A stretch of 64,000 nt of DNA from Cyanidioschyzon merolae. Taxonomy: Eukaryota. A program made the position numbers and the translations under genes. The stretch lies in NCBI GenBank assembly GCA_000091205.1, contig AP006489.2; one strand, written 5' to 3'. The notes under the pieces are model-generated. The model did not search any database, was not told the DNA's origin, and saw only the letters and a list, made by a program, of their open reading frames with translations. Below, piece after piece: positions 1 through 10,760 of the stretch (the first letter of the stretch is position 1; the number at the start of each line of letters is the position of its first letter).

Positions 1-95
1 CTAGCCTTCAACACCTCATCTTCCTAGACGCTGCTTTTGCGGCAACCGCGGCTGCCGCATGACCTAACCATAGCTCATGTTCACTACCTCTCCGA

Positions 96-1493
96 ATGCC
101 GAAGAATGGTCTCTCTTTAGGGAAAGTAGAAGCGGTTGCTGCTAGTCTGGACGTTCCCGAGGGCTACCACTGGCCGCACGAGGCCTTCCGTTCCCTCGAC
201 GTTTTAACTCGGTGCCCGATCTGTGGGGAACACTTCCGCGCGCCTGTGCTGCTTGAGTGTGGCCACAGTTTCTGCAGCGAATGCATTCGTCGTGCGCTTG
301 TTTATCGAAGCGAGTGCCCGCAGTGTCGAGCGCCCGCCAGTGCAGGGCAACTTCGTCGAAACCGTTTGGTTCAGGACGTTACAACCGCGTGGCAACAAGC
401 ACGCGAATGCGTGCTAACCCGCTTTTCACCACAAGAGCACGCTGGGAATACGGAATGCCGGAGCTCGAAATTGGAAGCTTCGACTGAGAGCGGCCTCACG
501 GTTCGAGAAAGAACCGAAGCAGCTTGCCCGGTGCGAGCGGCAGCGCTGACCGCACAAGTTGCGACTAGAGGTCGCGCTCGGAGCGCTCCTGTCCCGCCAG
601 ACGAGCATACCGCAGCGGTATCAGCTGTTTGGACAGACAGACAACACCAGAATTGGGATGAAGCGGGTGTCTGTTGTGGAAATTGCGAGGAGTCGGCTTC
701 CTCTGCAGTGTCAATGTCGAAGCGCACCGAACCCAGTCATCGATTCGAAAGAAGCGCTGAACGGGCGGGAGCCCAGCCTCCGAACGGAGGACTGAGCGGC
801 ATTGCGGCTGTACCGCAGCCGCTTCCAGTGTTTCAGAAAACAGACGACATCTACGCGGAGGATTGGTCGGAGGCTGCTCCAACTCGGACGCCCGCCGCGT
901 TGCCTGGTGAAGCTGCACGGGCAATGGAGCCGCGCCCACGAAACGATGCAGAGTCGACGGCGACAAGCGGTCACGCGTCGTTCACTCGACGGGCCTCGTG
1001 CGAGAGGATCCAGCAAAGAGACCATACCAAGTATGTCGAGTGCCCCATTTGCAATCGTGCATACCCGCCGGCTTTTATCCAGGTCCACGTGAATGAATGC
1101 CTGGATCAACTGGATGCCGTAGAGGCGAGCGGCTTTCCGGAAGCCGGATCTCGGGCTTTGGCCAAAGCCACCAACACGCTCGAAGACGAATATCCGATGC
1201 GGAAGATTCCCGAGGTTTGGTACGACGGCCTGACTGAACGTCGTCTCCGGGAAATGATTCGGGCGCTCGGCATGAAAGCTCCACCAGCGTGGCTCCGGAA
1301 TCGTCGTGGCCTCATTTACCTGCACCGCGAGTACGTCATTCGACATAATGCGGAGTGCGATGTGGAGCCGGTGACCGCGCGCAAACAGCGACGTAACATC
1401 TGCAGAGAGGTCGAGGAACTCGCCTGGTTCCAGATCGAGTCTGCGAGGCGACCCACACGACCAGAGGCAGCGCGTTCTTCGAATGCAACCTGA
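96..1493 (+). CDS. RAD18: RAD18-like E3 ubiquitin ligase (post-replication repair)
   Basis: N-terminal C3HC4 RING (CPICGEHFRAPVLLECGHSFCSECIRRAL...CPQCR). UBZ4-type zinc finger (YVECPICNRAYPPAFIQVHVNECLD). SAP domain (LTERRLREMIRALGMKAPPAWLRNRRGLIYLHREYV). Domain order RING-UBZ-SAP is the RAD18 architecture. Single 465-aa ORF. Confidence 0.85.
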   Translation: MPKNGLSLGKVEAVAASLDVPEGYHWPHEAFRSLDVLTRCPICGEHFRAPVLLECGHSFCSECIRRALVYRSECPQCRAPASAGQLRRNRLVQDVTTAWQQARECVLTRFSPQEHAGNTECRSSKLEASTESGLTVRERTEAACPVRAAALTAQVATRGRARSAPVPPDEHTAAVSAVWTDRQHQNWDEAGVCCGNCEESASSAVSMSKRTEPSHRFERSAERAGAQPPNGGLSGIAAVPQPLPVFQKTDDIYAEDWSEAAPTRTPAALPGEAARAMEPRPRNDAESTATSGHASFTRRASCERIQQRDHTKYVECPICNRAYPPAFIQVHVNECLDQLDAVEASGFPEAGSRALAKATNTLEDEYPMRKIPEVWYDGLTERRLREMIRALGMKAPPAWLRNRRGLIYLHREYVIRHNAECDVEPVTARKQRRNICREVEELAWFQIESARRPTRPEAARSSNAT

Positions 1494-2032
1494 AAGCAGA
1501 CGCTTGCTTCGGGCGAGCGTGCTGTCAATGTGCACAGGCGTCGACGATGACGCCTATCGCGTTGCGCTGTGGTATTTTGAAGCATTGAGGCCACTGGAAT
1601 CGTTGTGAACAAGAAACGCTGACGACTTGGACAGATGCATGAGTCTCTTGCATGCTTGCATCGATTCGAGGTAGCTGTCATGCCACTGGGCTGTTTTCAT
1701 GGGAAGCACTGCGTGTCAGTCGTAGATTCTGATGCGTACAGGAGCGCGAGTGAAGCTCAAACTCCTTGCGAGATATTTTCGAACTTGGTTCGTTATACCC
1801 AGTTTTTCCTGTTGGTGCAGTTTGGTGCGAATGAAAAAGACCGAGGAGTCGGTGATGAACGGACGATGAGGCCCAAACGGGGCCAATTGCTGTTCGCGAT
1901 TCATTATTTATTAGAATACGCTACGCATAGGCATTTCGGAAGGGTAAAGTCTGTGCGTCCATCGATACACTGGAGCACCGATCTATTGCCCTTGCTTCTG
2001 CGCAGACCGCCCTCGATGCCACCTTCGCAGCA

Positions 2033-2053
2033 GTGTGTGTGTGTGTGTGTGTG
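2033..2053. repeat. (GT)n microsatellite, about 10 units
   Basis: Direct reading of gtgtgtgtgtgtgtgtgtgtg. Confidence 0.95.
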
Positions 2054-2713
2054 CTCGTGCGCTACCTCGCGTCAACGCTCGCACATGCCCGTAAACGCTG
2101 TGCAATGTCTGTGTGTGTCTGCTCCGCGCTGCAGGTATAGGTGCGATAGCGAGCGCGCGTAGCAGGCACAGCACCCGGATGACCGCATCCACTGACTTGC
2201 TTCGCCAAAGAAAAGAACGAGTGACTGTCGTTCAGCACCTGGAGGTTCGTAAAACCCGACTCGTACCGCAGAATGGAAGCACGGATCGTCGTCGTTGCTG
2301 GGTATCGAACGTGTCTGGTGCTGCATCATAAATGCTTTCGTCGATAATGTTACGTATCGCGGACTCGGGCTCTCATGGCTCGTGGAAACGACCCTGTGCC
2401 CCCGAACAAAACGAACACAAACACTTCATCCGATCCGAACAGTTCCCCGCAACAGGCCGCGTACCATGCCTGGGAGCACAGCCCCGGTGCACATCGCCTC
2501 TTCAGCGCCCGTGCCGTCGAAATACCTGAACGAGACATGCAAGTCCCAGCCAGTCCAAGCCAGTTCTTCCTCTCACAAAAAGAAGATGCCCGGAAGAACT
2601 AGCGACTGTCGTTTCTGACCGACCGCCTCCGACCTGAAACAAAAACCCGCTATGGTCGCTCGTGGTGCTTGTGTTGGACCCTGCGCGATGTGCGCTTTCT
2701 CGCCAATGCATCG

Positions 2714-3943
2714 CTACGGAGCAGCAAAAGGCTCCGAATCATCGGGACCACGCCGATGCCACCTGTTTTGTGGATAGAGAAGCAGCGCCTGTCGATCCCA
2801 CGAAGCGATCATACCGGGTTTTGCTTCGTCCTTCCAGATCTCCGTCGAACACGGTGGCCTGATGCAGCGCACCAGCACCGTCTCGTTCACTGTTTCGTAC
2901 GAGTCTTCGAGGCCGTACCCGCTGTCCTGGATGAGCCAGTCTCCGGGTCGCCACAGCTGACTCGCGTGCCGCAGCGCACAGTTCTCTGGTCGGCCGACGC
3001 TAGCATAAAAGTTGAAACCAGGTGCTTCGTGGCGGTAATACACCGCCTGCTGCTGCTGCTGCTGCTGGCGGTTGCGTTGACCGTACCCATAACCGAGGCG
3101 AGCCATATGGTATCGCCAACATCCTTCGATGTGCCGCAACATGGCAGCCGGCGCCCGTTGTAGCGCTGGACTGCCCACGAAATGAACGGGGAAAAGCACC
3201 GACGCTCGACAGGGGTAGGTATGGGCGTAACGCAGGAGCAACTCTGGTGGAGCACTCGGGAACGCGGCATGCAGATACAGAAGGTGCCACAGAGCGGTCT
3301 GGTCTAGACTCGCTTGCGGCCACTGGGTGCCCAGTGCGATCCAGTTCCGCACAAATTGCAAGGATTCCGGTGTATTACGGAGGAGAAACGCTCCCGAGTT
3401 AATCTCGGGTCCATCGTGAACGACCACGTAGTGCTCTGGACTGATTCCTTGCAAGAACGTCTGGACCGGAATCGAAAAGTTCGTGATCACTGCATCCACA
3501 TCAACGTACATGAACCAGTCGTACGGAGCGTCTTGCTTCAGTAGACGCTCAAGTGCGAAGAGGCGATTGTAGTGCGGTGGTAGAGGTTGTCCTGGTTCGG
3601 CGTGTCGCTCGGGTGTCGCAGCGACCTTCAACCAGTGATACGGATAGGAATCGAGTAGAAAATCGACTGTCGCTGACCATTTCTTGGCGTAGAGAACTTT
3701 GTTCTGAACCGCGTACGCAAACCGTCGGGCATACGCTGCCGTTGTCGTGCTGAGGAGCGCCACCCGAGGCAGCTGGGTTTCGTGCCCAGCCCCAGGCCAA
3801 AGTGCTCTTGGAGTGCGTTTGCGCGTCAGGGAATAACTACTGCGACTGATGCCTAATTGACATCCTATCCAAGAGCCGATAAGACAACAGGCAACAACGA
3901 AGGCGACGGTCCGACCGACTCGACGGCGTAGGTGACGCTTCAT
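2714..3943 (-). CDS. Glycosyltransferase family 34 (GMA12/MNN10-like alpha-1,6-mannosyl/galactosyl/xylosyltransferase), type II membrane protein
   Basis: GT34 signature blocks NKVLYAKKWS and DWFMYVDVDAVITNFSIP (DxD) with HDGPEINSGAFLLRN. Probable start at Met of MKRHLRRRVGRTVAFVVACCLIGSWIG (signal-anchor) at 3943. The ORF stays open upstream to 4189. Contains (CTG)7 (3047-3067) encoding poly-Q. Confidence 0.8.
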   Translation of the reverse strand: MKRHLRRRVGRTVAFVVACCLIGSWIGCQLGISRSSYSLTRKRTPRALWPGAGHETQLPRVALLSTTTAAYARRFAYAVQNKVLYAKKWSATVDFLLDSYPYHWLKVAATPERHAEPGQPLPPHYNRLFALERLLKQDAPYDWFMYVDVDAVITNFSIPVQTFLQGISPEHYVVVHDGPEINSGAFLLRNTPESLQFVRNWIALGTQWPQASLDQTALWHLLYLHAAFPSAPPELLLRYAHTYPCRASVLFPVHFVGSPALQRAPAAMLRHIEGCWRYHMARLGYGYGQRNRQQQQQQQAVYYRHEAPGFNFYASVGRPENCALRHASQLWRPGDWLIQDSGYGLEDSYETVNETVLVRCIRPPCSTEIWKDEAKPGMIASWDRQALLLYPQNRWHRRGPDDSEPFAAP

Positions 3944-5340
3944 TACCGCTTCAAGCGGCGACGCCTGGTAAGGAACAGCGGTCCCGGCGGTGTCGTTTTC
4001 TGTAGCACTGGGGTTGCAGGCGCCTCGATGCAGGCCGTGGAGGCGTCTAGTGTTGCCACTGGCACGTGTACGGTTTCCCGCAGGTTCAAGAGGCGTTCGT
4101 AAGGACCCGGTTCGTACGCCTACGAGTCCGCGAAAGCAGGACGTGTAACGGACACCAGCTCGAGCAGCAGAACGGACTTTAAGGGGCAACTTGATGCAGA
4201 GCGCAGTACGAATGAGCTGTACACGTTCAGTGGATCAGGCGGTGGGCGATCCTCTTGTGCGTTGCGAACCTGTTGTTGGAGGCGGCATGCTGCATGACGA
4301 CACGCTGATACGCCTGCACGAACAAGTGCCACGTCGCTTTTCCGCATGATATCAGAATCGATATCGATGCTTCTCGGTTCAGAGCTGTAGGTCATCGCGT
4401 GCGTCTGCTACCAATGTTAGTCGGTAGCGTTGGGTACGCGTAGTGCCACGATGTTGCTGCGACGTATGCAGCGCCGAGTTTCGTTTTTCGAGAACGAGGC
4501 GACCTCAGAGACGTTATCAGCAGCATCGATCCCGTTCACGAGCGCTACCGCCATACCTGACAAAAGGCTGATCACAGAAGAAGCAGAGGCCTGGTGATGC
4601 GACGCAATCCATCGTTGTCGACACAAACATGGCGTTTGTCCCGGCACCGAGTCTGGATATCCCGGATCTGCCACAGGACCCGGTCTTTAGCGCGTCAAAG
4701 ACAGGACGGTACGAGTTGTGGTAGCTCGTTGCGATCGAGCTGTTGTCGACACGCGTGCTTTACTAGACCTTGAGCATCCCCAGGAATGAAGTTGTAAATA
4801 CTGCATACCGACGATGCTGCGGTGTTATGGAGAAATTGAGGCACACGCCACTGGAAGCTGTGCAACATTCGAATGCATCTGCCTTGCGGATGCATTGTTG
4901 AGCGGTGGTCATGGCTCGTGGAACGCCATTCGCAGCGTCACATTGTTGCATCAAGAACTGCTCATGCAGAACCTTTTTCGCAGCACAAACGCTACGGTGG
5001 TATCTCGATTGTCGCCCATCTGTGGCCAGCTTGGCAGCCGCCCTACCGACTGATGACCGGAGCATTCGGGGCTTGCCCAGTGGAGCAGCAAGCGAACGTT
5101 TCCAGAGCGACACGTGGACACCCGAAGCGCGCGATCGATGTTGCTACGCTGTCGCTGCGTCTGTTTCTATACTATTTTTCCAATATAGGCCATGCTGGCC
5201 TGCTACAGCGTACAGGATGTGGTGAATCTGTGGATTAGCGGAGAATGCGCGGTTCAGCACGCCTACTAGATTCTTCAAGCCACGACACCGATGCCGGGCG
5301 CTTGCCCAGCACATGCAGGAATGCGAGCAGTTCGTCTATA

Positions 5341-5364
5341 CACACACACACACACATACATACG
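5341..5364. repeat. (CA)n microsatellite
   Basis: cacacacacacacacatacatacg read directly. Confidence 0.95.
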
Positions 5365-5584
5365 CACGTGCTGCTTCAAGGATGCGGCCGCTTCTGCAGC
5401 GAGTTTCGCATCGTTGAGCGCGAACGAGCCGTCCGCGCAACTCGTTGCCGGCACGGGAAGCGCTGGCCCGAATGTTGTCGATGCCGCATTCATCAGGCTG
5501 AGGCCAGCGCCCCAGACTCGCATCCCAGGGCAAGTACGGGGCTTGTGCTCGCTCGCCCAGCAATCGTCGGGTGGATATAAGGCC

Positions 5585-7294
5585 TCAGATGACGGCCGAT
5601 GAACGCCGTGCCTTTCGGATGAGAGCGTGAAGTCGATTCTTCACCGCATTCTCTGAACGCCCCTTGAGTTTCGAAGCGATGAAGGCCCACGCTGGCCCGC
5701 GTCGCTCATACTCGCGCAGGATGATGAGATCCTCACGGGCACTAAAGGGCTCGTGCCGAATACTCGGATCCAAATAGTTCCGATATCGTTCACGGCAGCG
5801 GGCGGCAGTACGTCCCGGCAAGCGTGACGCGATCTGCGTCCACGGTATTCGCAGGCCCGACACAGAGACCTGGACATTGCCGTAGGCGTTTCGTGTAGGG
5901 TCGTATTCGCTATCGGGCTGATCATGATCATCATCTTCATGGGGCCAGAGTCCACGAGGTTCCCTATCCCGCGTCATGTGCGCACCAGTTCGCAGCGTGG
6001 ACAGATGCGCTTCCACAAGCTGGCGCAGACGATTGTCCTCCTCGGGGGTCCAGTCACGTCGCTTGCGGTTATCTTTCTCGATGCCGTTATTCAAGGGAAT
6101 GGAATCAGCGAGATATTCTTGCAAGGACGTGTCTATCGTCTGCTCCGTGCCCGGACTCGGCTTTGTTTTGAGCTTTTTTGCCGTCCGGGGATGATCTTCT
6201 CCGAAAGAATCGGGTTCGCCGCCAGCACCCGCGACGTCTCTTTTTAGCGACAAGCTCCGAGTCGGCATCGACGACGATGCCGAGACGTCCGCGGACGATG
6301 TTCTGCGCCCATGGTCGCTGCCTCCACGAGAAGCGCGCAACGCTTCCCATCCGATCGAATGGAGGACCTGCTGAACAGCGCTCGCATGAGAGGCCTCCAG
6401 GAGATGCGCGCAGAAGATGCAAACATTAGGCTGTTGTGTATCTGTCGATAGATCATCGAAGCAGGCGGGGCCAGCGCGCGCTATGGAACTCGTTTCCGAC
6501 AACGGAGTGCTGCGGGCGCGACACCAAGGCGTCGTCGTCGTCGTCGTCGAAGATGCTGACGGGTCGCTGCCCACACAGAACGGGCTCATGGCATCCAGGC
6601 GAGTTTGCGTGTCGAGGTGCACGGGCTGAGGTGTCACCGGCGAGAGCGCTGCTGAATGCGCCGCGGCGTTCGCAGCACCGACGAGGTCGCCTCCATCGAG
6701 CGAAGTATTTAACGGTGCACGCTTCCAGTTTGGATACCCTACACCTTTGAGGTCGTCTACTAAAATCGATGAGCATACGGAGTGCGTCCCGTGGTCGCTC
6801 TCCGACATCGTATCCTGACTAAGGCTCTCGATCGTGCCGGAAAGCGCCTCGGCAGTAAACCTGTGCAACCAGGTTTTCCACCCTTCGGTAAGACTATCGC
6901 TTGCGTACGAGAAACTAGAGTGCTCGTGTGGCTCAGGTCCAAGAAGCGGCAGCCAGTCAACAGGGATACAAGATAACTCGCTGGTACTCTGCTCCCCGGT
7001 TTCCGCACAAGTTGCCATAGAGCATAAAACTTCTAGTAGCCGATGAAGATATTTGGGTATGCCACTTGGCACGCAACGTACCAGAGAAAAAAAGCACGAA
7101 AATATCGTTGTGCTTTCGACTTTGTACACAAAACACCAACACAATTTATCACCTCGAGCAACCGTCGTATGGCTTCGTGAACCCGTCTGCATCGTCAGCT
7201 GTCCCCCGTCGTGCGGTACGTACCGCAAGCGTCTTGTCCCCGAATTCGCGGGCGCATCGAGCGCGCATCGAGTGCGGCGCGAGATCGAATGCAT
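5585..7294 (-). CDS. R2R3-type Myb (SANT) DNA-binding transcription factor
   Basis: Two tandem Myb repeats near the C-terminus: WTPEEDNRLRQLV...WTQIASRLPGRTAARCRERYRNYLDP, and FSAREDLIILREYERRGPAWAFIASKLKGRSENAVKNRLHALIRK. Acidic/Ser-rich N-terminal region. True start uncertain: the first roughly 90 codons cross an AT-rich stretch, and an alternative ATG is at 7018. Confidence 0.7.
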   Translation of the reverse strand: MHSISRRTRCALDAPANSGTRRLRYVPHDGGQLTMQTGSRSHTTVARGDKLCWCFVYKVESTTIFSCFFSLVRCVPSGIPKYLHRLLEVLCSMATCAETGEQSTSELSCIPVDWLPLLGPEPHEHSSFSYASDSLTEGWKTWLHRFTAEALSGTIESLSQDTMSESDHGTHSVCSSILVDDLKGVGYPNWKRAPLNTSLDGGDLVGAANAAAHSAALSPVTPQPVHLDTQTRLDAMSPFCVGSDPSASSTTTTTTPWCRARSTPLSETSSIARAGPACFDDLSTDTQQPNVCIFCAHLLEASHASAVQQVLHSIGWEALRASRGGSDHGRRTSSADVSASSSMPTRSLSLKRDVAGAGGEPDSFGEDHPRTAKKLKTKPSPGTEQTIDTSLQEYLADSIPLNNGIEKDNRKRRDWTPEEDNRLRQLVEAHLSTLRTGAHMTRDREPRGLWPHEDDDHDQPDSEYDPTRNAYGNVQVSVSGLRIPWTQIASRLPGRTAARCRERYRNYLDPSIRHEPFSAREDLIILREYERRGPAWAFIASKLKGRSENAVKNRLHALIRKARRSSAVI

Positions 7295-7452
7295 CGCTGC
7301 GCCACGTCTGCCGATGAAAGACGCTCCCGTTGCAGCGCAAATTAGTCGATCCGCTGCCGAGTGGCGCCAGATCGCTGCGCCACGTCTGCCGATGAAAGAC
7401 GCTCCTGTTGCGGCGTAAATTAGTCGATCCGCTGCCGAGTGGCGCCAGATCG
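7293..7452. repeat. 78-bp direct tandem duplication (2 copies plus partial third) with 11-bp inverted repeat / hairpin
   Basis: Unit atcgctgcgccacgtctgccgatgaaagacgctcc(c/t)gttgc(a/g)gcg(c/t)aaattagtcgatccgctgccgagtggcgccag occurs at 7293-7370 and 7371-7448. attagtcgatc (7419-7429) is the reverse complement of gatcgactaat (7448-7458). Confidence 0.9.
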
Positions 7453-8006
7453 ACTAATCTGGACACGGACCCGGCGGCAAGCGGCGCACAGCGGCCGGCC
7501 AGTGATCGCGGATCGAGTGGCGTGCGTGTTTGCCCTTCGTGGACGCGGGCGACTGCGCAAGTGGACACGACACCTCCGTTCAACGGCAGTGCCGCGAATT
7601 TGGCGACGACGACGACGACGATTCGGGGATGAGCGTTCATTGATCGTATCGATGTGAGATGTATCATTTGATTCATGTGGAATCATAGAGTTCAAGATAT
7701 TTGGGGCGGAAGGTTTCAGATGGGTTCGGGTTTCTGTAAACGTTGGGATACGCGTTGCAGGGATACCGAGTGCTTGTAGCGTTGATCAACAGGGTGCTTG
7801 CGCACTCTTGCTTGTATAGGAGCGTGAGTTGGAGGCGTCGCACCGGTGGAGGCCAGTGACGGCGCCGACGGCACCGTTAGCATGGGGCAAGACCCGCGTC
7901 GGCGGGTCCCATTGGGTCGCGCAACTTTTCCGGGACGCACGACATACTTTACAAGAAAATTCTGTGCACAAACGGCATCATGTGTTTCTATTGCCAGTGG
8001 TAGGAG

Positions 8007-9560
8007 CTAAATCACGCCTTCGCGGAGCGGGGTGGTCGGCACCAGCGGTCGACCGGAGCCTGAAAGTCTACCTTGGCGGACGAGCTCCTCCATGCGTTGT
8101 CGCGCTTGCGTCCGGCATGAAATGTGTGCTCTGCGCCTGCTACCGTCGCTCAACAATGCTGCTTCGGTGCTTATAGGGTCGCTCTCCGTTGAACTGAAGT
8201 AGCCATCGACGGCCGATTCAAGTGAATCGCTGCGGCGGAGTCCAGTTGCTGATACGAGGTTCAGATCCGACATGTCTGCGCTCAGCGCACTGGTTTCCGA
8301 GTCTTCCCGCTGAGTTGGTAGAGATTCCGCGGACGGATCTCGCTTTCGGAATGCCGTCTGGATACGCTGCCAATTTGGTGGCTCGTCGGATGGCTGAACA
8401 CTGCCAGTCCATTCATGCACAAATTGGGTCCAGCCTGCAGAGCTCCAGCCTGACGCTTCCTCTACAGACTCAACGTGCAGGTCATATTCCAGAGATACTT
8501 CAGTTTCTTTGAGAACCTCGAGTGTTGGGGCTTGCGTCGCTGGATTCTGGGTGAGATGTTCAGGGCTCGCCTGTCGCCAGCATGGACTAGTCTGTTCATC
8601 GGCGAATGCCGCAGATGCTGCGACGCCCGGGCGTGATCCGCTAAGCCAGCCGCACAGCGTCTCCGTATCTGCACCCGTCTGGTTGCCACTGAACTTGGTC
8701 GACCAGGGCGAGGCCCAACCAGCCATTGCCGATGACGCACCGCAAGCGACCCGTGCTGGCCGCGGTTCGAATTTCGGCTCGATGCACGTATCCGCCTGAT
8801 TGAGCTCTCTCGCTAGCGACCAATCCCCGTCAACATGATGCTCTTGTGTCACGCGTTCAAGATCAAACGATAATGAAGGCAAGGGACATGTGGATCTCTT
8901 CATCGGGCAAGCTCGCTGCGCTGGAGCAGTCACTACTGTTCGCGTCCCTGAATCGTTTTCGGAGGTTGCTTGGCTCGGCGCTTCCGACACCACCGTATGA
9001 GCCTGGTCCGAGGGCGACACCGCGACTCGCGGGCAAACGCTTTGGCTTGGTGATCCCGCGACCGCTCGCCGACTCGTACCAGTGGCTCGCGCCTGCACCT
9101 GCTCGTTGCTCGAGCGGGTGTCCAGTGTGCTGCTGAGTGCACCACGTCGCAGTCGCTCCCGAGCTGCATCTTTTGCCGCCCTGCTTTTTGATTTTAGCCG
9201 CTCCTGATTTCTCGAATAGTAAAGCAGGTTGCGTGTGTACTGGTAAATTCTTTGCTCGTGAAGTTCGAGCCAGCGACGCTGTGCCTCGGACTCGTCTCCA
9301 CTCGGCAAACCGGTAATTCGCGCAATTTCCAATCGAAGAAAGCGCTTTCTCGGCTTGGTCAGGAGGACGCTTGCTGTGACGGCGTCTCGACTCTTGCTCT
9401 TTTCAGAGGAACGGTGCCAGTCGTCGGCGATCCAGTTGCGCACCTCCTGTTGGACAAGCTGTTTCACCACCCGGTGGTACTCTCGCCGCTGTAAGTTACC
9501 GCCTTTTGCGGTTATTTCCCTATACAAAGCATCGTGCTTGTGATCACTCTCATAACCCAT
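8007..9560 (-). CDS. Hypothetical protein (basic/coiled N-terminal region, Ser/Ala-rich middle)
   Basis: 517-aa ORF on the gene-rich strand pattern. No recognisable domain by eye. Codon composition matches neighbouring genes. Confidence 0.3.
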   Translation of the reverse strand: MGYESDHKHDALYREITAKGGNLQRREYHRVVKQLVQQEVRNWIADDWHRSSEKSKSRDAVTASVLLTKPRKRFLRLEIARITGLPSGDESEAQRRWLELHEQRIYQYTRNLLYYSRNQERLKSKSRAAKDAARERLRRGALSSTLDTRSSNEQVQARATGTSRRAVAGSPSQSVCPRVAVSPSDQAHTVVSEAPSQATSENDSGTRTVVTAPAQRACPMKRSTCPLPSLSFDLERVTQEHHVDGDWSLARELNQADTCIEPKFEPRPARVACGASSAMAGWASPWSTKFSGNQTGADTETLCGWLSGSRPGVAASAAFADEQTSPCWRQASPEHLTQNPATQAPTLEVLKETEVSLEYDLHVESVEEASGWSSAGWTQFVHEWTGSVQPSDEPPNWQRIQTAFRKRDPSAESLPTQREDSETSALSADMSDLNLVSATGLRRSDSLESAVDGYFSSTESDPISTEAALLSDGSRRRAHISCRTQARQRMEELVRQGRLSGSGRPLVPTTPLREGVI

Positions 9561-10269
9561 GCGATGGACGCACTAGAAAGCGGACGGAACCTGACAGACC
9601 TTGCGCACAAGTCACACTTGTGTAAACAACCAACGTTCATGTGCGAGGAAGCATCTGGAGTATGTCACACGCGTCGTTACGCGCGTGCCGCTGTCGTCGG
9701 TGCCAGCGGGCCGGCGCATGCCTTGCTGCACCCGCCGCAGATGCGATACGCGTGTCTAATGATGACAGAACACGGAGCTGCTGCTTGCTCGGTACCTGCA
9801 CGTGGATTCTGTTTCAGAACTTGCTCTAGGCGGACATCATCGACATTTGGAGTGCAGCGATAAAGGCCTAGGGATTCAGACGTGGGTTAAGGGTTCTCGG
9901 TCTTCTGTTCGAGGTGGCTCGTTCGACGCCTCACCGCTGGAATGCTCTATCTGGTCAGCGACACGATGATTCGCTACGCTCTTGGACAGGAATGCATAAA
10001 CGATCCGATATATGGATCGAATGGATACGTATAAGCACCGATACCTCTACGCTGCCCACGAGTAGCATGCGTGAATCATGCATGCTTCAATGTTGCGATC
10101 TGTTTGCATGCGACTCATGGGCGCTGCAATATGCGGCGCTGGATCGACACGCAAACAACACGAAGGCGTCCTTTCATGCTTTGTTCTCAAAACTGCGGCC
10201 AAAAAGTTCATTGTACGTGTCGCGTCGAATGAGCAGTTGGTTTCGAAAGACAGATCCCCTTCTCTTTGC

Positions 10270-10760
10270 GGTCATCGACGAACGACGTTCCGCGGTAGCG
10301 CGACACATTTCACGGAATATGCTCGCAGAGGTTCCCGCTGCTTCTTTTTGCGTGCGAATGTGTCTTGCACTCGAACTTGAATCACTGCAACGATTGCTTC
10401 CAGTGGAGCATGCGTCGTCGCTTTGCGCGCGAACGGCGTCCAGACGGATCGAGGTGTCCCGACATGTTCTCCAATCTGGATTTTCATTCCGGTGCTTGTT
10501 TCGTAAATAACGACATTGCGTTCCGTAAATGCCCTGTCGAATCGAACAGCAGGCTCTGATGTGCGCAGCGGATAAAGCGTTCGCTCATGGGATCGTCCAG
10601 AAGACGCCCGTGATCGTACGATATGGAATGGGTCGCGAACCCAGAGCAGGATATCCCGGGAAGCCTCATGTACCCGCCAAGGGCATATCCCGAGCGATGG
10701 ACCGAGCGTACACGAGAAACAGAGCAACCCCCGGAAGAGGATGCATGGTGGACACACCTG
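10270..10760 (-). repeat. Dispersed repeat R1 copy (a), encoding a decayed TnpB/Fanzor-like N-terminal fragment
   Basis: ORF 10272..10757 (-) contains YETSTGMKIQIGEHVGTPRSVW (compare ISDra2 TnpB [25 protein letters not shown]). The DNA is homologous, in inverted orientation, to 21180-21440, 28180-28450 and 59560-59770. A conserved core ccagtggagcatg / catgctccactgg is shared. Confidence 0.6.

Noticed and set aside
711-1535. Long antisense ORFs overlapping real genes (for example 711..1535 opposite RAD18; 16249..16764 and 15935..16261 opposite UvrB; 55384..55890 opposite DXR; 61225..61848 and 61781..62284 opposite RPA49; 12082..12582 opposite HDAC)
   Set aside because: Their Cys/Arg/His/Trp-rich, motif-free translations are typical of stop-poor wrong frames in about 57% GC DNA. 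The opposite strand carries strong homology in each case.
4120-7300. Additional gene between GT34 and Myb
   Set aside because: Only short, compositionally biased ORFs (each 120 aa or fewer) with a (CA)n microsatellite. Nothing supportable.
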